IMG/VR virus record: IMGVR_UViG_3300010397_000045
Location: 1-64,000 of that record
Origin: a virus
Strand: one strand, 5' to 3'
Length of the DNA: 64,000 nucleotides
This document shows, one piece after another, positions 18,806 through 28,721 of this stretch. The translations under genes and the position numbers were made by a program. Numbering within the stretch: position 1 is the stretch's first letter; each line of letters starts with the position of its first letter. The notes under the pieces were generated by a model. That model searched no databases, had not been told where the DNA came from, and worked only from the letters and a program-made list of their open reading frames with translations.

Positions 18806-19062
18806 TGATAAACCCTCGTCTCATCCTGAGATGCGTTCACAAGAGCTTCACGTATGTCGTCTATTGTTATAGGCGCTTCTGATGCTATCATGCATACCAA
18901 CCCTACAGGAAGCAGCGCCAGGACCATCTGATGTGTGGCGGTGCATTTCTGTTCTTCGACCCATTCACTGATGCATGGGGGACAGTCTTGCGGATCTATA
19001 CGCTCGACACATCGCAGGAGTTCCTGCGGCGTCATTTGCTCGAATACGGTCATGTCAGACAC
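18802..19062 (-). CDS. Hypothetical protein, first gene of the early arm
   Basis: 86-aa ORF overlapping the primase start. Confidence 0.5.
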   Translation of the reverse strand: MSDMTVFEQMTPQELLRCVERIDPQDCPPCISEWVEEQKCTATHQMVLALLPVGLVCMIASEAPITIDDIREALVNASQDETRVYQ

Positions 19063-19187
19063 CCTCGCCGTATGTTGTAGTAGGCGACGCGAGGGCCTGT
19101 TGCTGTTTCAAGAGGTAGGGCTTCCAGATGGTGAGGGACACCACCTGGTACCAGGAAACCCAACGCGAAGCCCTCGCGCCAGTCCGA

Positions 19188-19216
19188 ACCCTAGCAAAAA
19201 ATCTAAGTGAAGTAAA
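19188..19216 (-). promoter_or_regulatory. Putative early promoter
   Basis: TTTACT-17 bp-TAGGGT; spacer resembles that of the 13826-13855 promoter. Confidence 0.45.
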
Positions 19217-19570
19217 TAGTTAGAGTGTTTTCGTCATCGACTTAAAACAAAAGTTTAACTTTAATAAAATAGTTTAAGCTGTGTTGCGTGTGTCGAATTC
19301 GGCCTCCCCTTACTTATATAGGCTACTAAACTTTATTTTCTTATCTTTAACTCTCCTATTAGTCCTAGAAAAAGGAACCACAACACACAAACGATAGATT
19401 AGATCTATAAATATCGGCGTTTGCTCTGTGTGTTCATTTTTTAAAAACGCCTAAAAAGAACCCACAACACACCCCCTAAAACGCTGTTTCGTGCGGTAAA
19501 TACCGGTATTTCGCCCCCGAAAAACTCGTCCCACAACATCGTTGATAACTCAACTATTAGTTTAAGTTTT
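19200..19570. promoter_or_regulatory. AT-rich divergent control region, candidate origin with CCACAACA repeats
   Basis: Sharp drop in GC; CCACAACA at 19378, 19462 and 19531; strand switch close to the primase-helicase gene. Confidence 0.55.
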
Positions 19571-19597
19571 GCAAAGCAGCCCGATGCGTGCTAGAGT
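19569..19597 (+). promoter_or_regulatory. Sigma70-like promoter for the plus-strand arm
   Basis: TTGCAA-17 bp-TAGAGT with TGn extended -10. Confidence 0.6.
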
Positions 19598-19619
19598 GGC
19601 TCCCGCAGATACCCCCGTT

Positions 19620-19652
19620 ACGGGCGGCCTCGAGAGGGGTTGCCCGTTTTTT
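19620..19652 (+). terminator. Intrinsic terminator/attenuator
   Basis: ACGGGCGGCCTC-gaga-GGGGTTGCCCGT followed by TTTTT. Confidence 0.7.
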
Positions 19653-19665
19653 CGATGGAGTTGAA

Positions 19666-20112
19666 ATGGGTAGGGGCAATCCGGTCACGGCAACGTTGGA
19701 TGCGTTGTCAGGTTTCAAAGTTCGTGGGAGTCTACCAGCGGACCTAATACCAACTGACAGAATAATTCAACGTTGGTATGTGTCAGTTACAGGGTTTCTG
19801 CCATCGGAGCGTTGGGATGAAGCGCGCAAAGCAAAGCTATCACCACTCAATGATACGCTGTCTATCATTGTTGATCAGATAATAGCCAGGGCTCCCGAAC
19901 GCAGGAATGAAATTATCTGGGCCTGGTACGGAACGCCTGCCCCAACGCGCATCATTGCCGAGGAACTCGGGGTATCGTCCTCGATGTTGAAGCTCGAGCT
20001 TCACAGTACTTTGCAGTATATGTTGCTGAAATTCAAGACAAATGGGCACCCGGAGCTGCTGCGGCTCCTCCTGGTGCATGCGCGGGAGGCTTTACAGGAG
20101 CCTGGCCGTTAG
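19666..20112 (+). CDS. Late transcription regulator (antiterminator Q/sigma region 4-like HTH)
   Basis: IIQRW...IVDQIIA...WAWY...RIIAEELGVS HTH; GGAG RBS before ATG 19666; first gene of the late arm. Confidence 0.6.
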   Translation: MGRGNPVTATLDALSGFKVRGSLPADLIPTDRIIQRWYVSVTGFLPSERWDEARKAKLSPLNDTLSIIVDQIIARAPERRNEIIWAWYGTPAPTRIIAEELGVSSSMLKLELHSTLQYMLLKFKTNGHPELLRLLLVHAREALQEPGR

Positions 20113-20190
20113 GGTATAAACCTGCGGCAAGATGCCCCATCCGTGCGTGTTGGGGAATGAAGCAACACATTTCACGAGTGGAATCATTAC

Positions 20191-20646
20191 GTGCCGAGAG
20201 CCAACACCAACGCAACACCACCTGTTAGTATGCGGGTTCCATTGACCTATCGACAGTCGGAGGCGGCGCGAAGGGCGATCAAAGCGGGAGCATTGATTCG
20301 ACGACTTCAATCGTTCGCGCTCAACGAAATGGTCATGGCAACCAACGGCAACGGGCGAGGCCGTGGTAAGTTGGTTCCTGTTGACATGAGCGCTGAGCAG
20401 GTTCGCGCGGCGTTTGGTTTGCTCGCGAAAGTTTTGCCCGACGTCAACCGTGTTGAATTGGCTGGCGGCGAGGACATCGGCAAGAACGCTGCCGCGATCG
20501 ATGCCACGCAGCGCATTGTTGATATGTTTGACAACACGATGTCCCCCGTGCAGGCATCAATGGAATATCAACGGCTGATGCACGAAGCCGCGCCGCTCGA
20601 GCAAGCAAAGCTCCCGGCGCCGCCGCTCGAGGGAGAGTTGGTTTGA
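20191..20646 (+). CDS. terS: Probable terminase small subunit
   Basis: IKAGALIRRLQSFAL...MSAEQVRAAFGLLAKVLPD motif; upstream of TerL. Confidence 0.6.
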   Translation: MPRANTNATPPVSMRVPLTYRQSEAARRAIKAGALIRRLQSFALNEMVMATNGNGRGRGKLVPVDMSAEQVRAAFGLLAKVLPDVNRVELAGGEDIGKNAAAIDATQRIVDMFDNTMSPVQASMEYQRLMHEAAPLEQAKLPAPPLEGELV

Positions 20647-21122
20647 ACGTCGACAAAGTGTTGTATTGGCTGTTGTTGATCCTAGCCGCCGTTTACATTG
20701 GTATGATTATTTGAACGCCGTGAAGCCCCGCTACCGCTTCATTGCGAGATATAACATGTGGCTGCTTGCGCTGAGCGCTACTGATGAGTGATCGGTGCCC
20801 GCGTTGTGGCGATTGGGTTATGGCGAAAGACCAGCGCGATCACTCATGCCGAACGGCGGAGGGAAAGAGCGTATTCACGAGCCAGCCGCTGGGTCCGGGG
20901 TACGTTTCGCCGGACGACTACGATGAATGGATCAAGCGATATATGCGAGGAGAGGCGAATGGCGAAACGAGGGGTTGAACTAGCACGTTGGATTGATTTG
21001 CACACCGGCGGCTCGGGGTTACACGGTGACGTGCTCGAAGCCTCTTGGGCCGTGGCGCGTGAGTTCCGAGTTCCCGGGCCTGGCGGACGTCATACCCCTT
21101 TGCCTATGTGGCTTAGACCTGG

Positions 21123-22862
21123 ATGAACGCCGCGGTACGCTTCCACACTGTTGAATCGACCAAAACCCACATCAAGGGCCAGGCGCGCACCGTCTATCTT
21201 CCCTTCGAGTTTGATTGGAAGAAGCCTGATTACAACGCGGTGTTCGAATGGCGGGTGCGCAAGCTGCTGCAGTTGCGCAAGGACCCCAAGCGCTTCACGG
21301 CGCTGCGCAACTGGTATGGCAACAACCCGGCACAGTTCATTGTTGATTGGGGTTGTACCTACGATCCACGCAACATAGAGCGTGGGTTGCCGGCGCTGTT
21401 ACCCTTCATCCTGTTCCCCAAACAGATCGAGTGGATCGACTGGGCGCTCGAGCGCTGGCGTGCGTCCGAGCCTGGACTCACGGAGAAGTCGCGTGACTGT
21501 GGCGTGAGCTGGTTGTTTATGGCGATGTCGTGCCATCTGTGCATTTATATTCCAGGCATGGCGATCGGTGTTGGAAGTGCCAAGGCTGATAAGGTGGATC
21601 GTTCAGATGATCCCGACTCGCTGTTCTTCAAGGCGCGGTTCTTCATGGATAACCTGCCACCTGAATTGCGTGGTGGGTACGATCCCAACAAGCACACCTC
21701 GTACATGCGAATGCGTTGGCCCAACACTAACGCCACGCTCACGGGTGAGGCGGGAGACAACATCGGGCGCGGCGGCCGCAAGTCGATCTATGGCATTGAT
21801 GAGGCAGCACACCTCGAGCACCCTGCGCTCGTCGAGTCGTCGCTGTTGTCTACAGCTAACTGTCGGCTTGACTTCTCGAGCGTCGCCGGCATGGCCAACC
21901 CCTTCGCGCAGAAGCGGCATTTAGGTAAGGTCAAGTTCTTCACCTTCCACTGGCGCGACGACCCGCGCAAGGACCAGGCGTGGTACGACAAGCTCGCAGC
22001 TTCCTCTGACTCCGTGGCCCTTGCTCAGGATGTTGACATCAACTATATGGCCTCCACAGCCGGCGCAGTCTTGCCTGCCGAGTGGGTCAACGCTGCCGTG
22101 GGTGCGGCCGAGCGGTTGGGTTACACACCTTCTGGAGTTAAGCGCGCAGGGCTTGATATCGCTGACCAAGGTCCGGCACTGAATGCGCTTGCTACCCGCC
22201 ATGGCTCGAGCCTGACACATCTGCGCCAATGGCCTGGCAGGCAGTCTGACATTTATCAGACTGCAGTCAACACGTTCAACTACTGCGATGATGATGGCGT
22301 CGCGCAGTTCTTCTACGATGCCGACGGTGTTGGTGCTGGCATGCGTGGTGATGCGCGTGTCATTAACGAGTCGCGCAGGTCCACGGGCGCGATCAACATC
22401 GAGGATTGCCCCTTCCATGGAGGCGCGGGTGTCGACGATCCCGAGGGTAAGATCACGGCAGGTGCCACGAGCGATCGCGGCGAGAGGACTAACAAGGAGT
22501 TCTTCCTCAACCTCAAGGCGCAGAGTTGGTGGACTATACGTAGGCGGTTGGGTAACACATTCAGGGCGGTTACAGGTTATGTATCAGGCAAAGGATCAGT
22601 GGACTTGGAACGTGGACAATACCGGTCGTTTGATGACCTGCTCGTTGTCGACCTGGATGACTGCCTATTCATATCTCCTGACCTTGATCTGTTACCTCAG
22701 CTATTGATGGAGTTGGTGCAACCGACCTACTCGCGCAACACCAACGGCAAGATCGTGATAGACAAGGCACCTGATGGCTCGGCATCTCCCAACCTGGCGG
22801 ACGCCGTTATGATCGCGTTCAACCCGTTGTTGGCGGTGTTGGATACATGGGGTAAGTTGTGA
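21123..22862 (+). CDS. terL: Terminase large subunit
   Basis: KSRDCGVSW Walker A, GRGGR..IYGIDEAA Walker B, GLDIADQG nuclease motif, SPNLADA. Confidence 0.95.
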   Translation: MNAAVRFHTVESTKTHIKGQARTVYLPFEFDWKKPDYNAVFEWRVRKLLQLRKDPKRFTALRNWYGNNPAQFIVDWGCTYDPRNIERGLPALLPFILFPKQIEWIDWALERWRASEPGLTEKSRDCGVSWLFMAMSCHLCIYIPGMAIGVGSAKADKVDRSDDPDSLFFKARFFMDNLPPELRGGYDPNKHTSYMRMRWPNTNATLTGEAGDNIGRGGRKSIYGIDEAAHLEHPALVESSLLSTANCRLDFSSVAGMANPFAQKRHLGKVKFFTFHWRDDPRKDQAWYDKLAASSDSVALAQDVDINYMASTAGAVLPAEWVNAAVGAAERLGYTPSGVKRAGLDIADQGPALNALATRHGSSLTHLRQWPGRQSDIYQTAVNTFNYCDDDGVAQFFYDADGVGAGMRGDARVINESRRSTGAINIEDCPFHGGAGVDDPEGKITAGATSDRGERTNKEFFLNLKAQSWWTIRRRLGNTFRAVTGYVSGKGSVDLERGQYRSFDDLLVVDLDDCLFISPDLDLLPQLLMELVQPTYSRNTNGKIVIDKAPDGSASPNLADAVMIAFNPLLAVLDTWGKL

Positions 22863-22959
22863 GTTGCTTTATTGTTGGTTTCGTAGGTGCTTTCACTGGT
22901 GTTGTTCTTGGGTTCATAACACCGTATATCTGGAGTAAGGTGAAAAGTGTGGTGAAGTT

Positions 22960-24875
22960 ATGATCAGTCGAAAGAGTTCGCGCAGACCGAGAGGTCCGAT
23001 AGTCGTGTTGCCTGATGGTTTCACGGCCCGCGGTTTGACGGAGCCGCAGATGGATGAGTTCTTTGCCACGGTCGACGCCATGCGCCGACGACGTACTGAG
23101 CGCGCAATAACGAGGTATCATCATGATCAGGGGTGTGCGACGTCACATGGAAGGCCCTAAGTACACGGTTACACATACCGAGTTGCGTGGGCTTACGGAG
23201 AGGCAGATGGAAGAGTTCAGAGACGCGATAGAGCGGGCGCGCAGGCGTAAACTGCTCGAGCTGTTTGAGACCGTTGTGGTGACTTGGGTATGAACAGGCC
23301 ACGTGGTTGGGACCATAGATATCGTATGCCGCCCGAGTCAGATTCAGTGATCTATGTCAATAGTTTTGGTTACGCCTCGTTCAAGCGGCCGTCGTTCATC
23401 GATCCCGTGAAGTACGCCTGGAACCACATGCACCCTGACATCGTGATGCCCAAACACCTGGGCGGCATCGAGGCCGGGATGCCCGGCATGCCACGGCCCA
23501 ACAAGAAGGTTGCCGATTACCAGAGGTATTCAACACTATGAACATTCTTCCCCTGGCGTTGCAGATCGCGGCGTTGGTTTGCTTCGCTATCTCCTTCTTC
23601 AATGCCCTGCCGAGGTACAACTGGATGGTGGGCGGCTTCTTCTGCCTGCTGTTATCATGGATGGTTGGTCCCGGCGCGCACATCCCGCTGCACACCGTGG
23701 GACCGTGATTGTGACAGACGAACAAATCAGATACATGGTAAACCGCTTTCTGGGTTGGCGGCTGCCGGATAATTTCAGCCCCGATGCTGGGATCAGCTTC
23801 AAGGCTTTGTTTAACGAACACACGTCGCACCCCATGGTGCATCGGCCTATCGGAACCAACCTCTTTGATGCCACGCAGGCGGAAGCCATGGTTCGCCACA
23901 TGGTGGAGGGAATGCCGTGACTACCAACACGCTGCTGCGCGTCGAGCCCGGCAAGCTGCCGCAGGCGGTTGATGGCCAGGCGCTCGACTCCAACTCACTG
24001 CATGACTGGCTTGCGCTGCCTGTGCAACACTTCATCGACCGGCATCCTGAGAAGTCCAGGCAACAGTTGATCAATGAGGTGACCGAGGTCGTGGCTGAGT
24101 TGATTGGCTCCTCGACATCCGAGTGGCGCGATGCCTTGCGCATGACCGACAGGGCTAAGCGGCACCTCGAGGAGCAGGTTGGTCGCAAGTGGCGGACGTT
24201 TGTGCAGCTGAGGGCCAACGGCGGTTTGTAGAGTTGTAACCAACAAAGGGGTTCTGTGATGGGTACATTCAGGGTCGATGTTCAGGCAGTTGGTGGCCAC
24301 GGTTGCCAGCGCGATGTGAAGGACGGCGAGGTGGTGCAAGGTTGTGGTAAACCTAACTGCCCTGATTGCATAGTGCGCGAATTCGTCGGCAAGCTCAAAG
24401 CCATCAGCGTGTTCAGCTACGGCGTGGAATGTCACGCGAAACTCATACATTGGCCTGGTCAGCCCAACGAGGTGGTGGACGATCTGCTCACTGGTATCCG
24501 CAAGGGGAATTTCTGACGTGGTAGCCAAGAAGCCCATAAACGTCGAGTTGGAGCTGATGCGCAAGGAGCGGGACGATGCGTTGAAGGAGCGCGATGAGGC
24601 GTTGGTAATTCTGAGTCTGATTTTTCCAGATACGTACCTATCGCCGTCTGAGAGTGTCGAGTTGAAGTTGCGTACCTATCGCAACATGGTGAAGGGCAAA
24701 GCACGTGTTTAGTCTGCACGAGCCTTGTGACGCGGCCGTGCGCCGCCGCGAAGCGCTCGACCGCCGCGAGCACGATGAGGCGTTGGCCTACATGCGTACC
24801 GAGGAGTTCCAGCGGTTGATACGCCCACTCGTGTTGGAAGCCATGCGCGGCGTTGCGAGGAGGCGCGGACCATGA
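22960..24875 (+). other. Accessory small genes between terL and portal (22960-23160, 23147-23293, 23290-23541, ~23709-23920, 23917-24231, 24256-24516, 24518-24712, 24705-24875)
   Basis: Overlapping short ORFs; MVNRFLGWRLP...PIGTNL motif is a recurrent phage family. Confidence 0.55.
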
Positions 24876-26806
24876 GCGAGGACCTGGGACCGTTGACCCG
24901 CCCGCAAGACGTCAAGCCCCGCGTGCGTTTACAACCTGACGGCTCGATGTTGCAGATGCGGGGTGGCAAGCTCTTTACCAACGACTCGTTTGAGAACTTC
25001 CTCACCCGCACCGGGATCAACCAGGGGAATGTGTCGTCGGGCGGCACCTACGGATTCAACCCCATCACCCGGCTGCACACGCGCCTCGAGTGGGCGTACC
25101 GCGGTAGTTGGATCGTCGGCACCATCGTCGATTGCATCGCCGAAGATATGACCCGCGACGGTGTTGAGTTTAAGTCGGATGCGACCCCAGAGGATGTGGC
25201 CGACTTTGAGCAGACCCAGATCGAGGACCTCCAGGTGTGGACGTGCATGTGCGAGGTTGCCAAATGGGCACGCCTCTACGGTGGCGCCCTTGCCTTCATC
25301 ATGATCGACGGGCAAAAGCCCGATAGCCCGCTCGACCCTGACACTGTTGGCAAAGATCAATTTAAAGGCATATTCCCCCTCGACCGCTGGGCCGTGCAGC
25401 CCAGCCTCCAGGAACTCGTGACCGATGCCGGACCGGACTTGGGGAATCCCAAGTACTATGAGGTGATATCTGACATCGGCAACGGCTTACCTGCCATGAA
25501 GATACATTACACCCGTGTGGTCCGCATGGAGGGCGTCAGGTTGCCGTACTGGCAGCGCATCACTGAGAATGGTTGGGGAATGTCGGTTGTCGAGCGGCTG
25601 TTCGATCGCCTGGTTGCGTTCGACTCTGCCACCCAGGGAGCCGCGCAGTTGGTATACAAGGCGCACCTGCGGACTTACAAGGTCAAGGACCTGCGCAAAA
25701 TCATAGCAGCCGGCGGCGCGGCGCTCGACGGTCTGCTCAAGCAGATGGACTTCATACGTAAGTACCAATCGTCTGAGGGTATGACCCTCATGGATGTGGA
25801 AGATGAATTCGAAGTACACCCGTACTCGTTCGAGGGGCTCGATGACATACTGCTGCAGTTCGGCCAACAACTCTCCGGCGCCTGTCAGATACCATTGGTT
25901 CGACTCTTCGGTCAGTCTCCAGCTGGTCTCAACTCAACAGGTGAGTCTGATCTACGTACCTACTACGACGGCGTCAAGCGCCAACAGGTGAGTTTGTTGG
26001 CCCGCGGCGTCCGCCGCATATACCACTGCGCTTGGCGCTCGGAGCATGGCTCTGATCCTCCCAACGGGTGGAAAGTGCCGTTCAAGTCACTGTACCAGAT
26101 GGACGAGGGCGAGCGCGCAGAGGTTGCATCCAAGACCACCGACTCGATCATGAAGCCATATGAGGCGGGGTTGGTGCCGGAGTCTGTCACGTTGAAGGAC
26201 CTCAAGGAGTCGTCGCGCGTCACGGGCATACACACCAGTATCACTGATGAGATGATCGCGAAGGCCGAGAAGGAGGACAAGGGTGAGGTTCCAGAGCCGG
26301 AGTTGGAACCTGATAGCGGCGGCCCCGGTGATGTAATGAATGGCGAAGGCGGACCTAACGTCGGACCCGACTCAGACCCCAAGGACGGGGTGCACCCAAC
26401 CGACACAAGCATATCGCTCGACGCTGCCGGGTGGGAGGAAGGTAAGCATCCGCGCGATAACGGCGGTGAGTTTGCATCTGGCGGCGGTGGGGGAGGAGCC
26501 GGGGAAGAAAGCAAACCCAAAAGCAACAAATCGAATCCCAAGCTTCCTCGATTTCGACCCGACGGTGGAACGATCGTAGATACTCCACCTAAAGGCAGTT
26601 CGGCCGAAAAGAAAGGTTTGAAGGTGGGTCACGATGTGTCAGGTAACTACCATGACGTAGACCGCAAATTCATGAAAGTGACCGGTAAGGTAATCGGGTT
26701 CGTACACAACAAGCGCGGGTCGCGACACGGCGACGTCGCGATCTACGACGAGAAGGGTGGGACGCTCTACTTCGTAGATAGCAAGAATGTTTACAGGCAA
26801 CGTTGA
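24872..26806 (+). CDS. Portal protein (DUF1073) with C-terminal extension
   Basis: AYRGSWI...VD.IAEDMTR, WARLYGG, QIPLVRLFGQSPAGLNSTGESDLRTYYD. Confidence 0.92.
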   Translation: MSEDLGPLTRPQDVKPRVRLQPDGSMLQMRGGKLFTNDSFENFLTRTGINQGNVSSGGTYGFNPITRLHTRLEWAYRGSWIVGTIVDCIAEDMTRDGVEFKSDATPEDVADFEQTQIEDLQVWTCMCEVAKWARLYGGALAFIMIDGQKPDSPLDPDTVGKDQFKGIFPLDRWAVQPSLQELVTDAGPDLGNPKYYEVISDIGNGLPAMKIHYTRVVRMEGVRLPYWQRITENGWGMSVVERLFDRLVAFDSATQGAAQLVYKAHLRTYKVKDLRKIIAAGGAALDGLLKQMDFIRKYQSSEGMTLMDVEDEFEVHPYSFEGLDDILLQFGQQLSGACQIPLVRLFGQSPAGLNSTGESDLRTYYDGVKRQQVSLLARGVRRIYHCAWRSEHGSDPPNGWKVPFKSLYQMDEGERAEVASKTTDSIMKPYEAGLVPESVTLKDLKESSRVTGIHTSITDEMIAKAEKEDKGEVPEPELEPDSGGPGDVMNGEGGPNVGPDSDPKDGVHPTDTSISLDAAGWEEGKHPRDNGGEFASGGGGGGAGEESKPKSNKSNPKLPRFRPDGGTIVDTPPKGSSAEKKGLKVGHDVSGNYHDVDRKFMKVTGKVIGFVHNKRGSRHGDVAIYDEKGGTLYFVDSKNVYRQR

Positions 26807-27494
26807 TGCCGCCTCGAGGGTTGTCCGGCCGCGCCTGCAGGCGACCCAGGCCGAAAAGCGGTATGGCCGGGCACTTGAGGCGCTCGCATCCAATGTTGGG
26901 AAGCTCGCCGAGCAGGTTGATCCCGATGACCTCCCGCGTATGATGCAGGCATACGCAGACGCATTGCGGCCGTGGGCGACCCGGGTCGCGACCAAGATGG
27001 TGGCCGAGGTCGATGCGCGCAACGTGGCCGCGCTGTCGAAGCTGGACGTGTCCTCACGTCTGCGCCGTGACCTGCGCGACGTCGATGTTGACTTTGCAGG
27101 TTTACAACTCATTGAGCGCCAGGTTGAGTTCATACTCGACATTCCGCGCAGGGCGGCCGAGCGCGCGAGTGAGGATTACGACCCGGTGGCGGCCGCGCGT
27201 TCGAGTGCCCGGCGGGTTGCGCGGCTCGCGGTATCTGAAGCCTCCACCGTGCTTACCAAGGCGCGTGCAACCTCGGTTGGCTCGACACACTACGTATGGC
27301 GCACAGCCCGCGACTCGAAGGTGCGCGAATCCCATCGACGCATGGAAGGTGCGGTGTGTGAGTGGGCCAACCCGCCGGCGGTGCCAGGCGAAGGCAACCA
27401 CCATGCGGGTGAGATATGGGGTTGCCGCTGCAGAGCGGAGCCTATCATTAATGACCCGTACGCACCCGCGGTGCGCGGCAAACGAAGGAGGTAA
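26787..27494 (+). CDS. MuF/SPP1 gp7-like minor head protein
   Basis: YVWRTARDSKVRESH...HAGEIWGCRCRAEP. Confidence 0.88.
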   Translation: MFTGNVDAASRVVRPRLQATQAEKRYGRALEALASNVGKLAEQVDPDDLPRMMQAYADALRPWATRVATKMVAEVDARNVAALSKLDVSSRLRRDLRDVDVDFAGLQLIERQVEFILDIPRRAAERASEDYDPVAAARSSARRVARLAVSEASTVLTKARATSVGSTHYVWRTARDSKVRESHRRMEGAVCEWANPPAVPGEGNHHAGEIWGCRCRAEPIINDPYAPAVRGKRRR

Positions 27495-27499
27495 AATCA

Positions 27500-28048
27500 A
27501 TGGCTGATACACCTATATCGCCTGGTACAGGCTCTTTGGCAATTGCGACGTTGGCCGCAGTCGCATTGCTGCGGACCGTCACGGCGATAACACCCACGGT
27601 TGGTGCTGTAACGGCTGCCGGCGTTGCCCCGACGGTATCAAAACCAACAGTTACGGCGATGGTTCCGACCGTGGGTGCGATCGCCGTGGCAGGCGTGGCC
27701 TCTACGGTGGCGCAGTCGATCGGGCCCGTGGTCAGTGTTGGGGTGCCGTTCGAGTCGGCGACCATCACGTGGCCCTCGATGCCGAACGGGTTGGCTGGCT
27801 CGATCCACCCACCCATGCGGTACCGCACCGCTTCGTTCCAGGTGTTTGGCGTCTTTGGCGCCGGCGGTTCCATAAAGTTGCAGGGCTCTAACGACGGCGC
27901 CAACTGGGCGGACCTGACACCAACGGCACTCACGGGTGCCGGGTGGTTTGCTGCTTTGGGTGCGAGTGAGAGGCCCAAATACATCCGGCCCAACTGTACG
28001 GCCGGCGATGCCACGACCGCTCTCACGGTCGTTGGTTGGTTTTCATAA
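27500..28048 (+). CDS. Putative virion protein with PTVGA repeats and a LQGSNDG beta-domain
   Basis: TPTVGAVTAAGVAP repeats; FGAGGSIKLQGSNDGANW. Confidence 0.65.
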   Translation: MADTPISPGTGSLAIATLAAVALLRTVTAITPTVGAVTAAGVAPTVSKPTVTAMVPTVGAIAVAGVASTVAQSIGPVVSVGVPFESATITWPSMPNGLAGSIHPPMRYRTASFQVFGVFGAGGSIKLQGSNDGANWADLTPTALTGAGWFAALGASERPKYIRPNCTAGDATTALTVVGWFS

Positions 28049-28062
28049 AGGATTAGGAGGCC

Positions 28063-28395
28063 ATGCGATTAGATATCTACATACACATCGTTAACGACGA
28101 TGCGACACAACATTCGATACTTGAAAAGGTGACCCAAATGGCTGTTGATATGACCAAACTTGTGGCTGCCGTCGCAGCCGAGAAGACCGTCCTCGATTCG
28201 GCGATCGCTTTCATCAATGGTGTTCCGGCGCTGGTGGCCGCGACTGTCAAGCAGGCGCTCCTCGACGAGGGCGTTGCAGATGCCGCGGCACAGGCTGCCG
28301 CAGACCAGGCTCAGGCTGACATCGAGGCAGAGACCGCCTCCGTGCAGGCTGCTCTGACAGCCACCCCGACACCTCCGGTGACGCCAACACCGTGA
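28063..28395 (+). CDS. Ala-rich coiled-coil hypothetical protein
   Basis: AGGAGG RBS; Pro/Thr-rich tail. Confidence 0.65.
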   Translation: MRLDIYIHIVNDDATQHSILEKVTQMAVDMTKLVAAVAAEKTVLDSAIAFINGVPALVAATVKQALLDEGVADAAAQAAADQAQADIEAETASVQAALTATPTPPVTPTP

Positions 28396-28721
28396 GTTTC
28401 TTTTTGTTCGTAAAAAGGGTGCTGGACTTGGCCGGCACCCGCAACATACCAAGCGCTTGCGACGAACCGGCATTTGGCGGTATTGGACGCGTGGCGCACG
28501 ACATCCGAGGAGAATGCAACATGTTTTCAGGCGACGCAGGATTCTTGTCAGATCCACCCGTGCTCACCGTCAAGGAGAACCGCACGCACTGCGAGGCGTG
28601 CGGTGCGAAGCTCGAGCCCAACGTCATGCACAAATGCGCAGGCAACGAGGAGTGGAAACCCCAAACCATCACCTCTCAGGATGTCGGTAGTATCGATGAT
28701 GTACTGGGGGTGGCGAAATGA
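28392..28721 (+). CDS. Hypothetical protein with a Cys motif
   Basis: GTGA and ATGA overlaps with both neighbours; CEAC...HKC. Confidence 0.5.
   Translation: MSFFLFVKRVLDLAGTRNIPSACDEPAFGGIGRVAHDIRGECNMFSGDAGFLSDPPVLTVKENRTHCEACGAKLEPNVMHKCAGNEEWKPQTITSQDVGSIDDVLGVAK

Noticed and set aside
24872-26806. Anti-CBASS Acb1 annotation sometimes attached to DUF1073 portals
   Set aside because: No paired HxT/S 2H-phosphoesterase motifs are visible in the extension.
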